In this document: positions 55,281 to 64,000 of the stretch, in pieces | How positions within the stretch are numbered: the first letter of the stretch is position 1 | Layout: each line of letters opens with the position of its first letter | NCBI RefSeq assembly: GCF_009914755.1 | Contig: NC_060932.1 | Direction: 5' to 3' (one strand) | Origin: the human T2T-CHM13v2.0 reference genome, Homo sapiens | DNA length: 64,000 nucleotides | The notes under the pieces: model-generated | The model's input: the letters and a program-made list of their open reading frames with translations, nothing else | Told to the model about the DNA's origin: nothing | Databases searched by the model: none | Position numbers and translations under genes: made by a program

Positions 55281-55580
55281 GGCCCCTAGAAAACTGTCGG
55301 CCACTCAGTAATTTTTCTATACTATTACATGCTTCTATTTTTGTCTGCTTTAGATTATGAAATTTTTTTTATTTCTTGAATGTAAACTAAATACTACACG
55401 ATTTCTATATTTTTTCTAATCTTATAAGGTAGATATATTTAATTTTTCTTAGGGCTGTGACTGATCAAGCAATCTGTCAAAATACAGAGGTTTAATGCAA
55501 ATTAAGTGACAGAGCTGAAAGTCAAACCCAGTAAAGACTTTCTGTGAAGTAAGAATTTAAGAATCTTAAGAATTTAGGAA
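55281..55580 (-). repeat. Inverted copy of about 54200-54504
   Basis: ggcccctagaaaactgtc...tgatcaagcaatctgtcaaaatacagagg...attaagtgacagagctg...aagtaagaatttaa is the reverse complement of 54504 back to about 54200. Confidence 0.92.
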
Positions 55581-56398
55581 TTTCCAAAGAATCTTCAATT
55601 CCTATAATTGGATTAATATGATCCAGGATTGCTAGTGTCCCCTGAACCTGGAATCGATAAAGGAAAATCCTCTCTGGAGGAAGATAACATCATCTTGCTT
55701 ATCAAATCATTACATTTTCAATTATAATGTTTGAACATAAAAATAACCAGGCTTATGAGGTGATAAGCCAAAATAAATGTGATCCTCTTTGTCATATATT
55801 AGGGTGTCTGTGTAATATTCAAGAATAAAAATTTTAACAGAGAACTGGAAGCTATGAAAGGTGACGTTGCAGATAGAAAAAAATAAACAGAAATTCTAAA
55901 AAGAAAAACCAAAATTAAGAAATTAATGAATGGGATATTAAAAAGAGTTTAAGAGATAAAGAACCCAGAAGAAATTATTAAGAATAAAACTCTGAGAGAC
56001 AAAAGGATGAAAAATACAGAAGAAAGAGTAAGAGACACAAAGTATACAGGAAGGTAGTTTAAGAGCCAGGTAATTGGCATTTCAGAAAAAGAGGAGAGAA
56101 ACTGCCACAAAAACAATGTTTGAAGAAATAGAAGATAAGTGTTTTCCAAAACACTTAGAAAGACCTTAACCCACAGATTCAAGGATCCTATCAAATGCAA
56201 AGGTAGATAAATAAAAAGAAAAGTATACTTAGACACATCATATTAGATCCAAAAGCAGTTAGGAAATATAACCACAGAAAAAAAAATTACCTTACTTTCA
56301 AAAAACCAAATTGACTTATCAAAAGATACAATAAAGCTATAAAAATAGATTCAAGATGATGAAATGAAATAACTACAACTTCAAATCATATATCAACT

Positions 56399-56543
56399 CA
56401 GCTGGGTACAGTGGCTCATGCCTGTAATCTCAGCACTTTGGGAGGTCAGGGGGAGAGGGTCACTTCAAACCAGGAGCTTGACACCAGCCTGGGCAACAAA
56501 GCAAGACCCCATCTCTACAAAAAGTAAAAATAAAATAAAATGA
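56399..56543 (+). mobile_element. FLAM (free left Alu monomer)
   Basis: Monomer with A-tail; TSD aaat(c/t)atatatcaact. Confidence 0.85.
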
Positions 56544-56818
56544 AAATTATATATCAACTAAAATATTCTCCAGGAATGTAAGTTTACAAGACCTATAAAT
56601 GGCAAAGGGCTTATATCCAGAAAATAAAGAGAACTCTAAAATAAATTTAAAATGAGGGAGAGATTTAAGGGGCATTTTACAAAAATAAATCCAAATAGCC
56701 ATAAAATCTTATTAGCAATCAGAAAATGCAAATTAAAATCGTAATGATCTATGTATGTTTGTGATATACAGATATATAAACACTACATATGTAATGGCTG
56801 ACAATACTAAATATTGGC

Positions 56819-57135
56819 GGCTGGGCACGGTGGCTCATGCCTGTAATCCCAGCACTTTGGGAGGCCGAGGTGGGTAGATCATAAGGTCAGGAGATCAAGA
56901 CCATCCTGGCTAACACAGTAAAACCCCATCTCTACTAAAAATACAAAAAAATTAGCCAGGCGTGGTGGCAGGCGCCTGTAGTCTCAGCTACTCAGGAGGC
57001 TGAGGCAGACTAATGGTGTGAACCCAGGAGGCGGCGCTTGCAGTGAGCTGAGACCACGCCACTGCACTCCAGCATGGGCAACAGAGCAAGACTCCATCTC
57101 AAAAAAAAATTAATTAAAAATAAATAAATAAATAA
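56819..57135 (+). mobile_element. AluY-like
   Basis: gaccatcctggctaacac; 16-bp TSD aatactaaatattggc (56803-56818, 57136-57151). Confidence 0.93.
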
Positions 57136-57302
57136 AATACTAAATATTGGCTAGAATATAGAATAACTGTAACTGCCACTCCTGATGAATGGGCAGAGCA
57201 ATTATTGTCACCACTTTGTTGAATAATTTTAAATTAACTAAAGTTGAAGATACATCTACTCCAAGAGCTGGTAGTTCCACCATGATTACATAACCAAGAG
57301 AA

Positions 57303-57320
57303 ATACATATACATATATAA

Positions 57321-57361
<41 letters not shown>

Positions 57362-57386
57362 CACACACACGCATATATATATATGC
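57303..57386. repeat. Compound (TA)n(CA)n microsatellite
   Basis: Direct reading. Confidence 0.95.
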
Positions 57387-59159
57387 ACTCAGAAACACGC
57401 ACAAGGATACAGACAACATTCTGTTTGTAATAGCCTCAAACTAGGAAAAAAAACAAAACAAACTCCCAAACCCATAAATACAATATGGCATTTTCATTCC
57501 GTGGAATATAATATATCAATGACAAAGAAAACACCGTAATAACATGCAACAAAGATGAATGGTTGGAAAAAGTGAATGGCAGAAGCCAAGCACAAAATAA
57601 TATAAACATTATGATATCACTTACATTAAGTTCAAAACTCAGGCAAAACTAAACTATAGTATTTTAAATGTACATTAAGGTGTTAAAAGTATTTAAGAAA
57701 GCAAGAGATGATTATGATAAAAATTGGAACAGAATCTATTTAGGACAGAAATAGAAATAGACATAAATGCTAGTAATAGAGGAATGCTCTAAGAAATTAA
57801 AGAAGTATTCATAAAAAATACTTTGTAGGCACTATAGTGATGTTTTCTAAATATTTAACACCATGAGAAAATGTTTATGATTGTAAATAAATGCAAGAAT
57901 GAGAATATACAGAACATGATTTTAATTATTCAAAAAATATAGTTCTACATTAAATGGATGTGTAAGCATAAACCTCATATAACACACATACATGATTTAA
58001 AGAAAATACTGGAGACAAATATGTCAAATGTTTATTTCTGGGTATTGAAATTGCCAAAGATCTTGGGAGGTTTTTATTTTTTCTTTTGTAAGTATCCCAT
58101 TTTTCTATTTGCTAATTTTTAAATCTATGAAATATATTGTTCATCAAAGAGAAAAGTTATATAGTTCACATCAAGATCTTCAGATATCTCAAATAGATTA
58201 AAACAATTCATAATTATGCAATCCTATATAAGAGAGTATCTGTAACTTTTCTTAGTAATTTATCACAAAATATAATACTTTTCATTTTATTTAAATTTTA
58301 AATTCCTGGAATCCTTTAGAATTGTGCATTTTTACTACAGATTCTACATGGTGATTTATGTATTTATGCTTAGGCTATATAATTACTTGACAACTTATGA
58401 ATTTTCCTCTGTTAACATTAATATATTGAAATAAGATAATTAAATTTCACTTATTTTAAATATCACTTTGTCATTTAAGCAGGAAAATACTGTAATTTGT
58501 CTCATATGCATTATTGGTGCAGTCTAGAAAGCAAATAGATTGAAAGCAGGTGGTCTTTATTTGTTTAGCATATGGGAAGATAAAGGATTTTATTAAGTAT
58601 AGTACCCACTTCAGTCTCATGAGCCCTACGCATTTGTATATTTAGAGGTTAGAATACAATTTCTGATTTTAAAATAAATCTTGTGAAAAAAACACCAAAA
58701 ATTCTATAAAATTAAATTACTTTTTATTGTATACATCTGAGTACATATAGTTACAAATCCAAATAAATGAAATCAGCCTAATTTTATAGTGAAAAACTGC
58801 TAATAAATAGCTTATTATCTATGTCAATTTAACTCTTTTCCCAGCATAAAGTACATTCAGCTTATTACAAGAAATCACTATATATCATATTTATGAACGT
58901 GACGAGAGGACAAAATGTATTCTTATCTCAAAAGTATAAACAAAACCCAGTAAACTTCAAAAGTAAGAGATCAGGTTAGCTAAAACTAGTAACAAGCATG
59001 AACCTATTTCTAATTATTAAATGAACATTTTGCTGTCCAGAAAATTATTTCCACAGAAAAAAATGTAAGTAGAAAAATAAAAGCATACAATTAAATAAGA
59101 GGACAAACAGATATGTCATCCTTTTCCCCAACTATTTTAAATCTTTTTTCCCCTTGAAT

Positions 59160-60020
59160 TATAACAGGATACAGCTGTGTAACTGTATTAAGGGAAGGCC
59201 AAGTCATTCCACAACTTACGTTTTTTTAATGGACTGGGGATAAATTATTCCACTCTCAAAGTTTTCCAGTGAAAATCCCAACAACCTTGGGCTATGCATG
59301 CCCAGTTCTATAGCTTGGAGGGTCAGTCAACACACAGTTCATAACGGGTAGCTCAGGTTACATGGTTACTTGGTGGCCCATGGTTAAATGTTCAGTTTCT
59401 ACTAAGGTCCAGTAACAAGCCGAAGGTTTTCTTTTTAAAAGAGTAGTTATCTGCAGAAGATGGCAGGGCTTTGCTCCAAAATCCTACGCTATGAGTCACC
59501 TATAGGGACTTACAAAATGCTTCAAACAGCATCTCCATGTGTTACACTTCAAGCACCATTGGTTCTGCTGTATAATTTGGTCCAAGTAGCCTAACAGTTT
59601 GGACCTATTGCAGAACCTTCTCTGGTTCTGGGCCCCACTCAAAAGTAGTAGCCTTTCAGGTGACTTGGTAAATGAGTTGGAGTAACACACTCAAATGAGG
59701 AATACGTTGCCTACAAAATCCAACGAAGCCTGCTGGGCATTGTGCCTCTTTTGGTTGTAGGAGCCAGACGCAACAACTTACCTTAACCTTAGAAGGGATA
59801 TCCAAACATGCCCCACACCACTGGACCCCTAGAAATTTCACTAGGTTAGAGGCCCCCAAGTTTGTGTCATTTTTCTTTCTCAGCCTTTGACATGCAAATG
59901 TCTTACCAATTAGTCTAAAGTTGTTACTACTTCTTGTTCACCATGTTCACTTAGCATATTATCATGAATGTAGTGGACCTGTGTGCTGTCATGTGGAAGG
60001 AAAAGGTGATCAAGGTCTCT
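59160..60020 (-). mobile_element. ERVL internal fragment (RT/tether), antisense
   Basis: RDLDHL...VHYIHDNML (YIDD region) and VKFLGVQWCGACLDIPSKVK. Confidence 0.85.
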
Positions 60021-60992
60021 GCTTGCTGTTTCTCACATAGCCAGGATTCATGGGTCCAGTAATCAAACAGCGGAAATGGAAGTGTCTTTGTTCACTATTA
60101 CCCCTAGGCAACCGCTAGCAAAATTTTTGCTTCCTGTTACCACAACTTTAGATTCTGGTATCTAGAAGTCTTAGTTCCAAAGGGAGGAATGCTTCCACCA
60201 AGAGATACAGCAATGATTCTATTAAACGAAAAGTCACACTGCTCTCTGACCACTGTAGGCTCTTTATGCCTTTCAGTGAATAAGCAAAGAAGGGAGTTAC
60301 TGTACTGGCTAAGGTGATTAATCCTGATTATGAAGGAGAAATTGGTTACTACTGTAGGATGGAGGTGAGGAAGGGTATGTCTGGAACACAGGAGATCCCT
60401 TAGGGCATGTCTCCGTACTACTATGTCCTGCCATGAAGGCCCACGGAAAACTACAATAACCCAATTCAGACAGGAATTAATGATGGCCCAGAGCCTTCAA
60501 GAATGAAGGTATGAGTCACCCCACCAGGCAAAGAACCACAATCTGCCAAGGTGATTGTTGAGGGAAAAAGGAATATGGAACGTGTCACGGAAGAGTATGT
60601 TATAAATACCAGCTGCGACCACCTGATCAGTTGCAGACACAAGAATTGTAATAGTTGTATTATTTCCTTATATTGTTATAAACATATTTGTATATATTTT
60701 AACCAGATATTTTTGTTTTCTTCCCTCTCTCGTCCCTTTATCATCTAACAGGAGATGCATTAATAATGGTTAACTTTACATCCCAATGTTTAATATACAG
60801 GATATCAAAGGAGGAGAGTGAACATCACCCAAGGACTTTGCATTCTCATCTGGGTAAAGGGTTAGTGCATTCTGGGTTGTGAGCAGGAGGGTTGTGTCAT
60901 GTTAGGCAGAAGTATAACTTCATTATGATTTTATGTGGAGATTAGGCATGATTTCAAGAGATGTAGATGGGTGCCAAGCTGACATGGGTGAA
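60021..60992 (+). mobile_element. ERVL internal 3' fragment with dUTPase remnant
   Basis: VPKGGMLPP...AKKGVTVLAKVINPDYEGEIG (dUTPase motif 3-like); ends gggtgccaagctgacatgggtg (PPT region). Confidence 0.85.
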
Positions 60993-61391
60993 ATGTTTTA
61001 GTGTCAGTTTGACTAGGCTGCAGTCCCCAGCAATTCAATCAAACACTAATCTAGGTGTTGCTGTTAAGGTGATTTGTAGATGTGATTAAAGCCCATAATC
61101 AGTTGACTTTAATAAGAGAGATTGCCTTAGATGATCCAGATGGGCCTGATTCAATCCGTTGAAAGGCCTTAAGAGCAAGCTGAGGCTTCCCTGAAGAAGA
61201 AGAAATTCCACCTGTGGACAATGACCATAACCCATGCCCAAAAGTTCCAGCCTGCGCTTTCTGACCATTTTGTGCCCCACGAATTTTGGATTTGCCTAGC
61301 CAGAGCCCACAGTCATGCAAACCAATTCTTCACAATAAATCTCTTACAATGTATTGCCTACTGGTCTGTTTCTCTTGTTGAACTGATATAC
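60993..61391 (+). mobile_element. MLT2 LTR (MLT2C/D-like)
   Basis: ttcaatcaaacactaatctaggtgttgctg...gggcctgattcaatc.gttgaaaggccttaagagc...aataaatc. Confidence 0.85.
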
Positions 61392-62579
61392 CTATCTTAT
61401 TTTCAGCATCAAAGCACTAAGCCTAAGGCCTGACATATATTAAGGGGACATCCAAAACTACTTTATTTAAAAAGCTTATTTTATATTTAAAATAATTAAA
61501 CAAAATTTCCTTTAATTACTTTATCTTGGCAACCCACTACCTAGGTTCAATGTTTGGTGAATTCATAAGTATTAAATAAATGTTTACTGAAAAAAAAAAT
61601 GAGTGAATTAACAAATGATTATTACAGCTGCAGGGATTTATAAACAGTATATCATGGCAGAGAATTTTTACAAATCATCACATTTTATAGATTTGAAACA
61701 ATTAAATAGATGCTAGCACTTAGTTAACTGCAATTTCACTTTGTTTCTCCCAAAATGATGCTCTTAAGAACTATAATGAAATAACTTGAGGATAAGGGTA
61801 ATTTGTTCCTTAATAAACATCTCTGTGAAAGAGTAAGTTCTTACTCTTTTTGAGTATTACACAACTTCCTCGTGACTCTTGAGTCACAGGACCAGGAAAG
61901 ATCCTGAGAGGTCATCAGTCCAGCCATTTGCTTCCCAAATACTTCCCTGGTTTCACTCTAATAAATGAGAGAAGTCATGGTGAAAAATTGGTCCAGGCAT
62001 CTGGTGGCACACATTTTAATGAAGGTGGAGGATATGTGATATGGAATTTTTTTTTTACAATAAGGGGAGCCTGACAAAAAAAAAAGGAGGATGCAAGGAA
62101 AAGGAAAAGGGGTAACAGAAATGCCCTGGACTTTTAAGGGTAAGTTGGGGAATATTGATGATGATCCTGTCAATTAATTTGTATTTAAGACAATAAAAGA
62201 GAGGAAATAAAAAGGGAAAGGAGAAACCAGAGAAAGGTAAAGTTCTAGCAACTATTTTCCCAGGAAAAATGCCATTATTGGAACAGCCTTAATGCTATGA
62301 CCAACAGTGGGAGAGGAAATAGATGAGTGTGGTACAATTCGATGGGGAGGCAATCAGAGTAGCAGTTACTGAATTTTATCTCCCCGAATCAGATAACATT
62401 TTGAAAGTCGATGGAAAAAAATTGATTGCCTTAAACTTAGAGAATGGTGAAATCTCTCTCTAATAGTTATAAACATGGAAGCTATTTCCAGAGCAACTAT
62501 AAAATACTCCTATTTGGGTGGGAGAAGGATGGCTCTGCATACCTGCAGACCATGGTCTCATATATCTCTCAGAAAAGGC

Positions 62580-63110
62580 TAGTGGAACATGGAAATTTTG
62601 AAAAATGACTGCAGATTTTTTGACATTCTTCCTATTAAGAAGTGGGTCTATGTCCCTTTCCCTTGAATCTGGGCAGTTGTGACTGTTTTGGCCAATAGAA
62701 TAAAACAAAATGATATCACGTAATGTTTGAGGCCAGGTCGTGAAAGGCTATGTAGCTCCTAGTTTTTGGGAATTCTTGCTCCCCCTCAGGATATTCCCCC
62801 TCAGAACTCAGCTGCCATGCTAAGAGAGGAAACACCATGAAGGGGCCATGTGTAGGTACTCTGATCAACTATCCCAGCAGAACCCAGCCTGAGAGTCATC
62901 CCAGATCAGACACAGATGTAAGAGTGACAAGCCTTCAGGTGATTTCTGTCTACAACCATTTCAGTCCTCAGAGCTGAGGCCCCAGACATTGTGCTACTGC
63001 AGAGCAGAGATAAGTCATCCTTGACCAATAGAATCTGGGAGCCTAATAAAATATGTTTCATACTGCTAAGTTGGGGGTAGTTTTTTACCCACCATAGATA
63101 ATAAATCCAG
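62580..63110 (+). mobile_element. MLT1 (MLT1H-like) MaLR LTR
   Basis: gggtctatgtccctttcccttgaatctggg...gccaatagaat...cagagctgaggccccagacattgtg. Confidence 0.75.
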
Positions 63111-63682
63111 AAAGACAAGCTCTCCCCATCAAGTAGATGTACCTATTTCCACTAGAATAGTAATGCAACCAGTTGGGAATAATATATTTAATTTTATGAA
63201 ATAATAAAACTATTGTCTTAATAGGTATTTCCAACCTTGGAAAGGTTTAAAAGTAAGTAGTTGATTAAATAAACCAACACAAAATATTAATATTCTGTTT
63301 TAAATTCAATATTAGTGCATTCATAATTAATACAACTTTTGTATATTGAGATTCTGACAGATAAGCCTTGTAATTTCCTTTAAATAATTGAATAATTGGC
63401 TTTAAGTACACAATCTTAAAATAAAAGTTACATAAAGAGTTTAAATATTTCAGAGAATTGAAGTTAACTCAGTTGTAAGTTAAACTCTGTTGAAGGGAGT
63501 TTTATTTCATCAACTTTAGTTGTTTATGGAACGTCTTTAATCAGAAAAAAGTGTGGATGACTGTTCTCAGTTTATTATTAAAATCTAAATGTTAATTTAA
63601 TAAACACTGAATATTAATTTTAGGTATAAATAATTCTAAACAATCTTCACATACACAAGAATATGACCTTCTCATAGACCAT

Positions 63683-64000
63683 TGATATGGTTAAGCTTTA
63701 TGTCCCTACCCAAATCTCATCTTAAATTATAATCCCCATAATATCCATGTGTCAAGGAAAAGACAAGGTCAAGGTAATTGAATCATGGGGGCAGTTTCCC
63801 CCATGCTGTTCTCATGGTATTTAGTAAGATCTCATGTGATCTAATGGTTTTATAAGGGTCTCTTTCCCCTTCACTCGGCATTTGTCCTTCCTGCAGCCTT
63901 GTGAAGAAGGTGCCTTGTGTCCCCTTCACCTTCTACTATGATTATAAGTTACCTGAGGCCTCTCCAGCCATGCTGAACTGTGAGTCAATTAAACTTCTTT
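63683..64000 (+). mobile_element. THE1D/MSTA-type LTR, runs off the window end
   Basis: tgatatggtt...cccaaatctcatctt...aattgaatcatgggggcagtttccccc...gaactgtgagtcaattaaac. Confidence 0.88.

Larger units (their letters stand above)
54850..58130 (+). mobile_element. Decayed L1ME-like LINE (5'UTR/ORF1 pieces and 3' end)
   Basis: ggaaaatcctctctggaggaagataacatc; ORF1-like A-rich sequence; aagttcaaaa..aggcaaaactaaactat 3' motif. Confidence 0.6.

Noticed and set aside
54200-55580. Inverted repeat interpreted as TIRs of a novel DNA transposon
   Set aside because: The arm is a mosaic of LTR end and MIR pieces, one MIR continues past the arm boundary, and there is no TSD or transposase; local duplication fits better

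Overview
This is primate (catarrhine/human-like) non-coding genomic DNA, AT-rich and dominated by interspersed repeats. I found no intact protein-coding gene, RNA gene or CRISPR array; ORF-track entries are repeat-derived or spurious. The main structure is a four-level nest at about 34.7-54.2 kb. The outer layer is a very old, minus-strand class I (gamma/epsilon-like) provirus with two diverged LTRs and readable env (immunosuppressive domain, TM), integrase and gag remnants that the ORF track misses. Inside it lies a two-LTR class III provirus (LTR47/ERVL47-like) with a tRNA-Arg PBS and gag-pro-pol plus an env-like remnant. Its RT is split by an L1PB, which itself carries a MER11 solo LTR and a large ORF2 deletion. 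Other notable items are a full-length L1MA2 inside an L1MC ORF2, a twin-primed 5'-inverted L1PA, a rearranged ERVL/MLT2 remnant, and two local templated duplications (one direct, one inverted) at 53.5-55.6 kb. I cannot support a genuinely new biological system. The best novelty candidates are the ancient two-LTR provirus and the templated-duplication cluster. Subfamily names come from recalled consensus sequences, not database searches.
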